From Octopus sinensis (Eukaryota): a stretch of 64,000 nucleotides of DNA. A program made the translations under genes and the position numbers. This document shows positions 23,081 through 36,174 of the stretch, piece after piece. The DNA lies in assembly GCF_006345805.1 (NCBI RefSeq), contig NC_043021.1, positions 9,424,001 through 9,488,000 on the forward strand. The letters are read 5' to 3'. Under the pieces are notes generated by a model that was not told the origin of the DNA, did not search any database, and saw nothing but the letters and a program-made list of their open reading frames with translations. Positions within the stretch are counted from its first letter, which is position 1; each line of letters starts with the position of its first letter.

Positions 23081-25220
23081 ACAATGTTGCAGTAACGTGT
23101 CAGCAGTGTTACAAATGAAAATACGAATATGTAACAAGGAAATCTGTCAGAATAATTAAAGAAATAGGTTTATATTTTATTTTTTTTTATATATAAATAA
23201 ATTGATAGGAACTTGTCCTTGTCCTTGTTCATCAATCCGTCAATAGAACAAGCGATGTTAAAAAAAAATTTACAAAGCTTTACAGTCCAAAATCATGACA
23301 GGTTAAGTGAAATAATTCTCTTATTTATAATTCGATTCTAGGATATCTAGGATGAGTTATAAGAATATGATTATAAACTTTAGCACACGATTCTTACTTT
23401 ACTTTATTGATACAAAAAGATGAAAAGACGAGCCGAAAGTAGGCAAATTTTAAGCCTAAGATGTAACATCGAAAAACTGAAACGGCGAAATGTACTATCT
23501 ATACGCGGCTCTGCTCATCAAAATTATATATATATATATATCGCGTAATATATTCACTACATAGTATACATAAAATAAATATCGTTTAATATACATGCAT
23601 TCATATTTATAAATTACGGGGTGGTTCCGTTAATATATAAACACATGGCAAATGATGTCTCTTCTAACATGGATTATAATTTATAGAGGTCGTGTTATCT
23701 TAAATATACTGTTACTGAGTGATCACGGCTGGAACACTTTTGGTTATTTTCTACTATATCAGATTATTGAATCGCGAGTAATATTTACAAAAATTGAATA
23801 CGTATATATTGTTGAAGTAGCGAAAATGCTGAAACGAAATGCATTTCTTCATTTCGGTTTTTTATTTTAATTTTTTAAATCATACCTTCGTTACAATGGA
23901 CTCTAAAGGAAGTTTAACTGATATTTCGATCTAAGATCAGAATTTTAAATGTAACTCTTTAATAGCGGTGGTTTCATGCCGTATTAATTTAATAAACAAA
24001 ATAACAGAAGTCTAATACGTTTAAAAAATAGGAATGGACAGCAGTAAGCCCATCAAAGTCGTTCCCCTTTATATACAATTTGTGTCACACCGTGACACTG
24101 GGAAGAACAGAAAAATAAGGTGTCAACTGATAATGTAACAAATTCAATAAACTAGCTGAATATGAAGATCGTTTGAAGCTGAATTACGAGCGTTTATGTG
24201 GTCATTTTATCTAGTTGTGTTGTTAAGCAGTTTACTTAGCAACAAGTGGGTCCGAACTCAATGTCACTTGTTGCGCGCACAATGACCTCCTCCTCCCTCT
24301 CTCTTCAGTCTCAGCGGTAATTTAGGCAAACGTCGCCGACTAAAGCCTCGTTAGCAAATTCGGTTGAAGGAAACTGAATGAAGCCTGTCGCGGATGCGTG
24401 AGCACGCGAGTGCGCGCACCGGACCACTGTTCTCAAGTAGTACCAGCAACTCTCTTCTCGGTCAAACTCACGCTTAAACGAAAAAGCTAGCTGTCGCCCT
24501 TAAGCGAAAAAGTGCCCAAGTTTTCAACAATGCAGATCCGAAGTAATTGTTTGATAGCGGGGTGGAATTATGGGTGGCTCCGTACGTCTGATATAGTAAA
24601 TTAATTTTTGTGACAGGTTTAGTCGAACAAGTCGACTTTAGTAACTATTTTGTTAAAGCCTGGTTCTATAGACGCAAACAAACCAGCACCGGTTGGACTG
24701 AGACACACATCACACACACACACACGCGACAGGCTTCTTTTTGTAAAGATTAAATTTTACATGAAACTCAAGTAAAGTAAAAAAAAAAATCCTGCGATAA
24801 AAAGAAATAATGATTTCTTTATTGGTCACCAAGGGTTTTACATTAAGAAAAAACATTATGGACGGTACAGGACAAAATAAAGAATGTGTGTGTGTGTAAG
24901 TGTGTGTGTATGTGTGTGTGTGTGTGTGTGTGCGTGTGTGTGTGTGTGTGTGCGTGCGTGGGCTCTGTTCCATCTCTGTGCTTGGGATGGAAATGATCCA
25001 AAGATCTACTACAAAGACTTACAGGTATTATTTATTGAATATATTTGTAACAGACTTTGGTATATTGTAAATAAATTCATTAATTACATTTAAACCTATT
25101 AACTTGGTGATTATCGTTGACTATTTTTTGCTAATAGGTCACATGACAACAGTGTGTCGTCTGCTCAGTGTATCGCCCTCCTTTCTATTCTGTCTTTCTC
25201 TAACAGTGAATGTTCCATTG

Positions 25221-25570
25221 TCACCCCACCTCTCTCTCTCACTCTCTCTCTCTCACTCCCTCTCTCTCTTCCTCTTCCACTCTCTCCCTCTTCCACTCTC
25301 TCTCTCATCGCCTCTCTCCCTCTTTCCCTCTTTCACTCTCTCTCTCATCGCCTCTCTCCCTCTTTCCCTCTCCCACTCTCTCTCTCTCATCGCCTCTTTC
25401 CCTCTCTCCCTCTTCCCCTCTCTCTCTCTCATCGCCTCTTTCCCTCTCTCCCTCTTCCACTCTCTTTCATCCCCTCTTCTCCCTCTTCTTCTTTTCCACT
25501 GTCTCTCCTCCCCTATCTCCCTCTTCCCCTCCCCCTCTTTCTCTTCTCTCCTCCTTCCTCCCTATTTTCC
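25221..25570. repeat. Polypyrimidine minisatellite with a unit of about 40 bp
   Basis: Unit ctctctctcatcgcctctctccctctttccctcttccact repeated about 4-5 times. Confidence 0.85.
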
Positions 25571-26325
25571 CATCTCCCTTATCGTTTCTTACCCCTCCAC
25601 ACATATTCCTTGTCTGGTTGACTATTTTACCACTTTTGACTTCCAAATACGGACACTTATAAATGCAGGCATGGCTGTCCCACAGCCTGACACCTTGGGC
25701 AACTAACTGTCTTCTATTATAGCCTGAGGCCAACCAAAGCCTTGGGAGTGGATTTGGTAGATGGAAACTGAAAGAAGCTCGTCAGACGTTAAATGTTGTT
25801 GATGATGATGATGATGATGATGTCACCTGGAATATTCCTGTTGGTAGCTTAATTCTGTTAGTGACTTCAGTTCTTATTAATAGCTCTGAGGACCAAGTTC
25901 TTGTCATCTCTCAATGGTATTGACTATAGGAGTTTGGGAACTTTGGGAAGCATAGTGACTTGAAGTTCTAATTACTAACAACCCAGATATACCACTTCAG
26001 GCCTAGCTGACCTAAACACAAGAGTAGGAGGTATTTAACCCCTTTTGCCAGTATAAACTATAACCCACCTGTGATGATCATGCAAACCCAATCATGCAAA
26101 TCCAACACCATTAAATTTTGGTTACTTCCATATAGAAAACTGCTGCTGCTAATGTGTTCATACTCCACTGAATAATGACTGAGTGACTGATGTATGCCAA
26201 CATCTTTACCTCACCATGTGTTGTACTCAAGGAACTGATGTCACTGAATATACTAAACAACAGCCTGTGCAAATATCCTACCAACATCCTGTCTGAACAC
26301 ATGGACCTAAAAGTATAGACTGTTA

Positions 26326-26556
26326 AGGCGGTGATCTGGCAGAAACGTTAGCATGCCGGGCGAAATGCGTAGCTGTATTTCGTCTGCTGTTACGTTCTGA
26401 GTTCAAATTCCGCCGAGGTCGACTTTGCCTTTCATCCTTTCGGGGTCGATCAAATATGTACCAGTTACACACTGGGGTCGATGTAATCGACTTATTCCGT
26501 GTGTCTGTCCTTGTTTGTCCCGCCTGTGTTTAGCCCCTTGTGGGTAGTAAAGAAAT
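26326..26556 (+). mobile_element. SINE family B (representative copy with 15-bp TSD; more than 15 copies)
   Basis: aaggcggtgatctggcagaaacgttagc..GAGTTCAAATTCC..aaagaaata; TSD aagtatagactgtta at 26311-25 / 26557-71. Confidence 0.9.
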
Positions 26557-27489
26557 AAGTATAGACTGTTATCCCTCTCCATCCAATTTTTCCTGACTTT
26601 GGCCAGTCTTGGTGATCATTTGACCACTTGACATCTGCTATCCTTCATCCTGTTATCTATCTGTCTCTACATGCACCCCTTAACCTCTCTCGACTAGCAC
26701 ACCCCCAACTATACCGACTAGTATGTATCTATTCTACTACGTCCACCTTGTCTGCTTTTCCACCTGACTATAGTATAATATTCCGAGTCTACTCTCATTC
26801 ATTCTCTAACCAAAACTGGAACTGATAACTTCCAATATTCCTCACCATAAGGCGGCAAGCTAGTGGAGGCACATGGCTTAGTGGTTAGGATGTCAGCATC
26901 ATGATTGTAAGATTGTGGTTTCGATTCCTGGACCGGGCAACGCGTTGTGTTCTTGAGCAAAACACTTCATTTCATGTTGCTCCAGTCCACTCAGCTGGTA
27001 AAAATGAGTAACGCTGCGATGGACTGGCGTCCCGCCCAGCTGGGGAACACATACGCCATTGAAACCGGGAAACCGGGCCCATGAGCCTGGCTAGGCTTTA
27101 AAAGGGTGTATTTATTTTTATAAGGCGGAAAGCTGGCACAATCGTTAGCACACTGGATGAAATGTTTAGCAGTATTTCGTCTATCGCTATGTTTTGAGTT
27201 CAAATTCCACTGAGGTTCACTTTGCCTTTCATCCTTTCGGGGTCAATATTATAAGTACCAGTTGAACATTGGGGTCAATCTAATTGCTTCATCTCCTCCC
27301 CCTAAATTGCTGCCCTTGTGGCAAAATTTAAAACCATAATTCCTCACCATGAATTATCATCAAACATCCTCATCTGAAGCTGCCATTGGACATTACCTAT
27401 AACTGTATTTCTCATTTGATCATGGATTTACTTAATGCTTTCCTATTTTATTCTGATCCTTCCCTCATCCTTGACAAAATGAAATGCAC

Positions 27490-27670
27490 CAATATCCTTG
27501 ACTGGAGACTTTCCTTTGCTTTTACATCTCTCCAACTTCTCCCTCTCTGATGACTGCATACTCAGCCAATGGAATCTTCATTCAATATGATGATCCACCT
27601 GTTTGATTGTTCTAGAAACAGCTGTAAGAGACGCTGTATATCTATATTCTCTATCTAAATTAAATAAATA
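27490..27670 (+). mobile_element. Penelope-type pseudo-LTR remnant, copy 1, with hammerhead core
   Basis: ctct-CTGATGA...GAAA-CAGCTG-TA-agag; diverged second copy at 29606-29780. Confidence 0.55.
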
Positions 27671-28762
27671 TCTTTTCAAGTGTTGCCAAACAATTTGCCT
27701 TTTTAATCGTTATATATATGGTATTATGTACTGTTATTTTTATTGTATTTGTGTAACATCCGGTTTTTTTTCCATCCTTGTTTTTGTATACGTTCGCTGC
27801 TTTCGTCCCAGGAATCTAACGCTCTTAGCTTAGTTTTTCCTTGGGGCTGGCCAGATTGGAGCAGTCTCAAGTATAATCAGCCAAAACTGCGAGGATAATC
27901 TGGAACTTGACTGAGGAAAGGAAACTTCGAATAAACTGTCCCTGTTTTCTTTGTATTGTCTATCTGGATGTTTTGTTGTCCCATTTTTGTATCACCTAGC
28001 TGTCTGGATGTTTTGTGTTCTTGTCCCATTTTGTATCTTATATATATATATCTTTTATTTTTGCTTGAGTTATTAGACTGTGGCCATGCTAGAGCATCAC
28101 CTTGCAGAATTTTAGTCAAATGAATCAACTCCAGTACTTATTTTTTAAAGCCTGGTACTTAATTCTTATCAGTCGCTTTTGCTAAACCATTAAGTTGCAG
28201 GGACGTAAACATACCAACACTGGTTGTCAAGCAGTGGTGGAGGATAAACCCACCTTTCCATATATATATATATATATATATATCATCATCATCATCATTG
28301 TTTAACGTCCACTTTCCATGCCAGCATGGGTTGGACGATTTGACTGAGGACTGGCGAACCAGATGGCTGCACCAGGCTCCAGTCTTGATCTGGCAGAGTT
28401 TCTACAGCTGGATGCCCTTCCTAACTCCAACCCCTCCGAGAGTGTAGTGGGTGCTTTTACGTGCCACCGGCATGAGGGCCAGTTGGGTGGTACTGGCAAC
28501 ATGCTCAAATGGTGTTTTTTATGTGCCATCGGCACAGGAGCCAATCCAGCGGCACTGGCAACAACCTCTCTTGAATGTTTTTTTCACGTGCCACCAGCAC
28601 AAGTACCAGTGAGGTGACGCTGGTAATGATCATGCTCAAATGGTGCCTTTTACATGCCACCAGCTTCGCAGGCACAGCATATTTCCAAAAGTCTTGGTCA
28701 CTAGTCCTAACACTGGCTTAATGATAACTAAGTTATTTTACAAAATTCTTGGTTATATTTAA

Positions 28763-29105
28763 CCCTTTTGATACCAACCCAGCTGAAACTGCCCCTGGTT
28801 TTGTAGTACAAATGTCTTGTTATCAAAAGTCCTGAACTAAAATCTTCCACCAAACCTTAGTCACAATTTATGTTCCTAACACTGGCTTAATGATAACTAA
28901 GTTATTTTACTAAATTCTTTGTTATATTTAACCCTTTAGTGTTTAAACCGGCTATATCCGGCCCAAATATTCTACTCATTTTATGCTCAAACTGGCCAGA
29001 ACTAGTATCTCACACCTACCCTGCAATGTCATTCTAAAAATAAACAATTACATCTTTCAAATCTTGAAGCTACAAGCATGGAAAGCGGACGTTAAACAAT
29101 GATGA

Positions 29106-29138
<33 letters not shown>

Positions 29139-30043
29139 AGATTAATTTTTTAAAATGTAAATGAATAAAGATTATTTTTGACATATTAATTTGAACGCTA
29201 AAGGGTTGAAGTAATTGAAAGCAGCACAGAGCATCTCAACAGAAATATAGTAACGAAAGGGTTAAAGTGATCTGAAGTAAAACTTCCTATTAAAATATCC
29301 TGTTATATTATGTTCCAAACAAAGGTGGTGAGATGGCAGAATTGTTAGCACACCGGGCAAAATGCTTAGCAGCATTTCATCCGTCCTTATGTTCTGAGTT
29401 CAAATTCCGTCGGGGTTGACTTTACTTTTAATCTTTTCAAGTTCAATAAAATAAGTACCAGTTGAGTACTGCGGTTAATGTAATTGTCTTCTCCTTTCCC
29501 TAAAATTACTGGCCTTGTGCCAGAATTTGAAACAGTTATTATATTCAAAACACTGGCTTAATAATGATGGAGTTTTCCCCCATTTTTGACAAACCAGTAT
29601 ATACTAATATCCTTGACTGGGGATATTCCCTCGTATTCAAGTCTCTCTGACATCTCCCTCTCTGATGATGAACTACTCAGCTTATGGAATCCTTACTTAA
29701 TATGATGATTCACATATTTGGGTACTCTAGAAACAGCTGGAAGTGACAATATATCTATATTCTCTATCTAAATTAAATATCTTTTTCAATTGAAAAGGTG
29801 TTTTTGCCTTTTCATTTTTACTTTAATCTATATCTACCTGCTCAAGGAGGAACCACTTCTAGCCACTTCTGATAGGCAGTCTCAACATCACAAGTTCAGT
29901 TTCAGTTCAAACTAGAGTTTTACTGGCGGTTAGCCAAACCGAACACTCATAGTACATACCTACTATTTTATACCAGTTGACAAATGCTCTTTATATATTC
30001 TGAAAGAAAAACTGCATTTTAACAGAAATATGGTAACAAAAGG
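28763..30043. mobile_element. Nested piggyBac-type MITE cluster
   Basis: TTAA-CCC left ends at 28763 and 28932; GGG-TTAA(-like) right ends at 29205, 29261 and 30043. Confidence 0.65.
29606..29780 (+). mobile_element. Penelope-type pseudo-LTR remnant, copy 2
   Basis: Collinear with 27490-27670 (aatatccttgactgg, ctccctctctgatga, tctagaaacagctg, atatctatattctctatctaaattaaata); cleavage triplet decayed to GGA. Confidence 0.55.
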
Positions 30044-31727
30044 GTTAAACCTCATCTTACAGTCTTACAAATGGATTCATTGGTTAATACCATCCAGATA
30101 CATTTATTTAAAAAAAAAAATGGATATGTGATGATCATGGCTGGAATACCTTTGATTCCAAGTCTGCTTGATCAGGGCCATTTTAGAGCTAAAAAACAAC
30201 AACAGCAACACTAGCTATGGTCCCTGGATCTGTACATGTTATTTCCAATAACACCTAACAATATGCTACCTGGCTGTGTGATATTGGCTTTATGTTTTTA
30301 ACTTGGTTAAGGCTAATTTTTGACCTGTTTACATTGATTTTGTCGAATGTTGGACGAAATACCCTTTGGAGTGTGCATTCCCTTACACTGTCTGTCTGTC
30401 TTTCTCTCTCTCTCTCCAAATGTAGATCTTGGAAAAACAGGGAAACTCCCCAAAGGGATATGGCATGTATGGGCACAGGCATAGCCCTGTGGTTAAGAAG
30501 TTCGCTTTGCAGCCATGTGGTTTCTGGTTCAGTCTCACTGCACAACACCTTGAGCAAGTGTCTTCTATTACTTCTATTATAGCCCCGGGCCAACCAAAGC
30601 TTGTCTCATATATATATAATATATTTTTTAATGTTTTATTCATTTTTTTCCTCTGAAGAAAATGGTAATGCTTAGTTAAATTAATTTGATTTAATTATTA
30701 TTTCAATTATTATTATAATTAATTTAATTTTTTCCATGTTTCATACATGTTGGTATTATCATTTGAAACGATTGTATGGATTGAAAATTTATAAAAACTT
30801 TTAACATCTTCTCTTCTCTATTTTTTAACTGTTAGTTGGGTTTATATAGGATTTTATCCTATAATACTCATAACACTGGCTTCTGTGCTGGTGGCACATA
30901 AAAAGCACCATCCAAATGTGGCCGATGCCAGCGCCGCCTCGCCTGGCTTCTGTGCTGGTGGCACATAAAAAGCACCATCCGAACGTGGCCGATGCTAGCG
31001 CCGCCTTGGCTGGCTTCCGTGCCGGTGGCACGTTAAAAGCACCAACCGATCGTGGCCGATGCCAAACTCCCCTGGCACCTGTGCCGGTGGCATGTAAAAA
31101 GCACCCACTACACTTGCGGAGTGGTTGGCGTTAGGAAGGGCATCCAGCTGTAGAAACACTGCCAGATCAGACTAGAGCCTGGTGCAGCCCCTGGCTTCCC
31201 AGACCCCAGTCGAACCGTTCAACCCGTGCTAGCGTGGAAAACAGATGTTAAACGATGATGATGATGATGATATATATGTTTGTGCGTGGCTGTGTGGTAA
31301 GAAGCTTGCTTTCCAATCACATGGTCCCATATCAAATCCCACTGTGTGGCACCTTGGGCAAGTGTTTTCTGCTATAGCCTCAGGTTGACCTAGGCCTTGT
31401 GAGTGCACTTAGTGGATGGAAACTGAGAGAAGCCCATCATATATATTTATGGGTGCATGTCTTTGTGACTGTGTTTGTTCGTCATCATTGGTTGACAACT
31501 GATGCTGGTGTGTTTACGTCCCTGTAACTCAGCGGTTCAGCAAAGGAGACCGATAGAATAAGGACTAGGCTTACAAAGAATAAGTCCTGAAGTTGATTTC
31601 TTCAACTAAATAACCTTTTAAGGCAGTGCTCCATCATGGCCACTGTCAAATGACCGAAACAAGTAAAAGAATAAAGAAAAAGTACATATATATATATATA
31701 TATATATACATACACACACACACACGA

Positions 31728-32840
31728 CAGAAGTAAATAGACACCCTTATAATCGTTAAAATTGATTTAAATCTGAAATTCTAGTCAAATTATTTATTAT
31801 TATAATGTGAATATTTAATATTTAGTAGACGTGCCCTTTGCATTTTTCAGTGCAGGGACTCTATAAGGAATGCTACTGATCACATGACGAATATTCTCTT
31901 GAGGAATTTCTTGCCAAGTTTCATGGAGTAATCTCAAAAGATCTGGCTTTGAGGATTCTTTCTTTTTCTTGTTATGAAGTGTTCTGTCCATTATATCCCA
32001 GAGGTGTTCAAAGGAACCACATCTTCCATAAATAAAGTCTTCGTTAATTATTTCACCACTGGAGAAGATTGGAAGGTGTCCTTTCTGCAATATGGACACA
32101 TATTTATCTGAGTTTATGTTTTCTTCACACCCCATCAGCTCTGATCGACCATTGCTCCAAATTGCTCCTGAGACATCACAGAATAGTTGCCACGTTTTAT
32201 TGTTGGCTGCAATCTTTTCATGTCAAATTCTTTATCACAGAGTCTCCAGACCCACATTCAACCACTGTCAGAAAATAGAGCAAATCTGGACTCATCAGAG
32301 AATATGACAGTGTCCTAAAATGCACATGGCCTTTCCAACATCTCACTGGCCCAGTCTCTTCTCCACTTGATATTGGCTGGTTGAAGAAGTGGCTTCCTTT
32401 TTGCTGCTCTGCCATAGTGGCCAAGTTTGTGGAGATACCTGACAGCTGCTCTGGGACTTGTTCTGCTATGTCAGAGGCCTTGCAATGAGGATTATACACT
32501 TAATAAAGCAAAGAGTCCTGTCAGAGGGCAATGGTCGACCTGCCTGAGGTGATGTGGATTCTTATCCTCTATCTGGTGAATTGCACACAGTCACTCTATT
32601 AATTGTAGAAAATGGGATGCCAAGGTTTTCTGCGATTTTATGCAAAGTCCACCTTCAGATTGACCCACAATACAACCTCTTTGAAATTCAGACGGTTCCT
32701 AGGCTTATTTTGTGTGTGGCATTATTAAGCAATCACATTTAGAACCTGAAACGTAAAAATGTCAATTAATAGAAAATATAAACCATTTCAAGTAAAAATA
32801 AACATAAAACGATGTTTTATGGGGTGTCCATTTATCTCTG
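31728..32840 (-). mobile_element. Decayed Tc1-family DNA transposon
   Basis: Transposase C-terminus ..[53 protein letters not shown]; imperfect TIRs of about 25 bp (cagaagtaaatagacaccc / ggggtgtccatttatctctg), TA at the right flank. Confidence 0.85.
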
Positions 32841-35567
32841 TAATGTTTGTGTGTGTGTATATATATATATAAATACATGGGGTTTTTTTTTTTGAGCCAA
32901 GGGACATAACTCTTAATTTAACCCTTGCTCATTGTTTTTTTTTTAACAGCAACCACAAACCGATTGTTGTCTTTTCACGTCCAACAATAGATAGCAGTTG
33001 TCAAATTCGGGTTCATAACTGCCATCTCTGAAGAGCACAGGGTTACATAATTAGGCTGCTATGTAACACTCCGTTGAACCATTATTGAAAAACTGATTGG
33101 TAAGATCCACCATAATGGATATATAATACCCTACACTTTAAATATATATATATATATGTATGTATACTCTTTTACTTGTTTCAGTCATTTGACTGCGGCC
33201 ATGCTGGAGCACCGCCTTTAGTCGAGCAAATCGACCCCGGGACTTATTCTTTGTAAGCCCAGTACTTAATCTATCGGTCTCTTTTGCTGAACCGCTAAGT
33301 GACGGGGACGTAAACACACCAGCATTGGTTGTCAAGCAATGCTAGGGGGACAAACACACACACACATATATATATATACATATATACGACGGGCTTCTCT
33401 CAGTTTCCGTCTACCAAATCCACTCACAAGGCTTTGGTCGGCCCGAGGCTATAGTAGAAGACACTTGCCCAAGGTGCCACGCAGTGGGACTGAACCCGGA
33501 ACCATGTGGTTGGTAAGCAAGCTACTTACCACACAGTCATATGTATACATATATATATATATTTATATGTATATATATATATATATATATGTATACTTTT
33601 ATTCTTTTCCTTGATTCAGTCATTTGACTGCGGCCATGCTGGAGCACTACCTTAAAGAGTGTTAGTACTTATTCTATTGTTCTGTTTTGCTGAACTGCTG
33701 AGTTATAGGGACGTAAACACACTAGCATCAGTTATCAAGAGATGGTGGGAGGTGAGGGACAAACACAGACACATAAATATATACAACGGGCTTCTTCCAG
33801 TTTCCGTCTACCAGCTTTGGTCGGCCCGAGGCTATAGTAGAAGACACTTCCCCAAGGTGCTATACAGTGGGACTGAACCCGGAACATGTGTTTGTGCAGC
33901 AAGCTACTTACCACACAGCCACAATATATATATGTATATCTATCTATCTATCTATATATCTACGTACGTACATACATACATACATATATATATATATATG
34001 ATGGGCTTCTTTCAGTTTCCATCTATGAAATCCACTGACAAGGCCTTGGTCAGCCCGAGGCTATGGTAAAAGGCATAAGTACTGGAGTTGATTTGATCAA
34101 TGACTGAAAAAAGTGTAAGAATAACAAAAAAAAAAAAGTATTCATATCTGAAGTATTTTCTGTTTGTCCTGATATGTGTCTCCGTGTTGCATTTTGAACA
34201 AAATGAATCCTTTCACTGTGAAATTAAACTTCATGATTATTTCAGTAATGATTTTAAATATATAACAAAAGAAAAAAAAGAAAAAATGGAATTGGTGTGG
34301 GGTCTGTGTGGTAAGAAGCTTGCTTCCCAACCAAAAGGTTCTTGGTTCAGTCCCACTGCGTGGCAGCTTGGGCATGTATCTTCTACCATAGCCTCGGGCT
34401 GACCAAAGCCTTGTGAGTGGATTTGCTAGATGGAAGGTGAAAGATGGAAACTGAAAGGTGGTGAGCTGGCAGAATTGTTAGCATGCCGTGCGAAATGCTT
34501 AGTGGTATTTCGTCTGCCGTAACGTTCTGAGTTCAAATTCCACCGAGGTCGACTTTGCCTTTCATACTTTCGAGGTCAATAAATTAAGTACCAGTTATGC
34601 ACTGAGTCGATGTAATCGACTTAATCCCTTTGTCTGTCCTTGTTTATCCCCTCTATGTTTAGCCCCTTGTGGGCAATAAAGAAATAAGAAACATTAGCGT
34701 GTTGGGTGAAATGCTTAGCAGTATTTTGTCTGTTGTTACGTTCTGAGATCAAATTCCACCGAGATCGACTTTGCCTTTCATACTTTCGGGGTCAATAAAT
34801 TAAGTAACAGTTACACACTGGGGTTGATGTAATCAACTTAATCCCTTTGTCTGTCCTTGTTTGTCCCCTCTATGTCTAGCCCCTTGTGGGCAATAAAGAA
34901 ATAAGAAACTGAAAGAAGCCTGTTGTATGTGTGTGTGCATCTGTGTTTGTCCCTTACCACAGCTGGACAACTGGTGTTGGTGTGTTTACATCTCTGTAGC
35001 TTAGCTGTTTGGCAAAAGAGACCAACAGAATATGTACCAGGCTTAAAAAGGAAATAAGTTCTAGGGTCACTTAGTTTGACGAAAATTCCTCAAGATGGTG
35101 CCCCAGCATGGCCGCAGTCCGTCTGAAACAAGCAAAAGTAGTTACATTGCCTCAGTAAACTTAACATATCTCAACAAAAGATCAGCAGATGGAGTGGATA
35201 TGTCTGATTTCTGTAGCAAAAGAAAGGTTAAAACCATCTTAATGAAGACACAATCATTGAAATGAAATGAAATGAAACTCATTATTGAAATATTTGGCAT
35301 ATTGAAACAATATTAAAGAGATTCAGGAATTTATGCATCAAAATAGAAAAGAGAACATTTATAAAACATGGAATTTCCACTGGCATATATATATATTGTA
35401 ATATCTATAAATTGATGATCGAAATGAATTTGTTTCTCCATTTTCTTATTTGTATATATATATACGTCACTGCTTATAACAGAATATTTTAAAGAAACAC
35501 TCATTATCGCTATGGGCTCCGTGTGGGCAGTCATCTAAAAGTTTTTGTGCATCTTGATGCTGACATA

Positions 35568-35670
35568 AGTTCCTTGTTTTTCCTGATGAGAAGGCGGCAT
35601 AATGCACCCCTTATTCCTTCGAAATTAGGAATATGCAGCCTTCGAAACATATGTCAAAAATAAAGGAATT
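35568..35670 (+). ncRNA. Type I hammerhead ribozyme motif (Penelope-type)
   Basis: CTGATGA 35583-89; stem II gaaggc/gccttc with G10.1-C11.1; GAAA 35644-47; palindromic stem III ACATATGT; GUC cleavage triplet at 35653-55; about 12-15 bp imperfect stem I. Confidence 0.85.
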
Positions 35671-35956
35671 TTGTTAATTCGTCGTTCAACTCCATTCTTT
35701 CATTTATTTGTATTTAAAAAAACACACAAATTTCCACACGAAAGCATGTGATCTCTGCCCTAGGCATGTAGCTTCAACTGTGTTTTTCTGACGTGAATTT
35801 GCTACCAGGTATCGCTTAACCAAATTATCCATAATAAGATAATTCATTCAACTACTCTTATATATATATATAATATTAGGGAGTATAACTCCAAACTTAC
35901 AGGGAAAAATTCAAATTAGTATTAAATCAAATTTCACAATATAAATATATAATATA

Positions 35957-36174
35957 TATAAATTAAAGAAAAACCACTATTATGCAACTCAAACAATGAT
36001 AGATATAATCCAAAACATAAATAACAAATAATATATATTTTTATAAAACATATAACTTATAACTTGAGATCTAGTTATAAGTTATATGGTTTATGAAAAT
36101 ATATATTATTTGCTATTTATGTATTGGTTTATATCTATCATTGTTTGAGTTGCATAATAGTGGTTTTTCTCTAA

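Noticed and set aside
24961-25024. Exon-like plus-strand stretch LFHLCAWDGNDPKIYYKDLQ followed by GT
   Set aside because: No acceptor (it is preceded by a TG repeat), no partner exons, and no recognisable homology.
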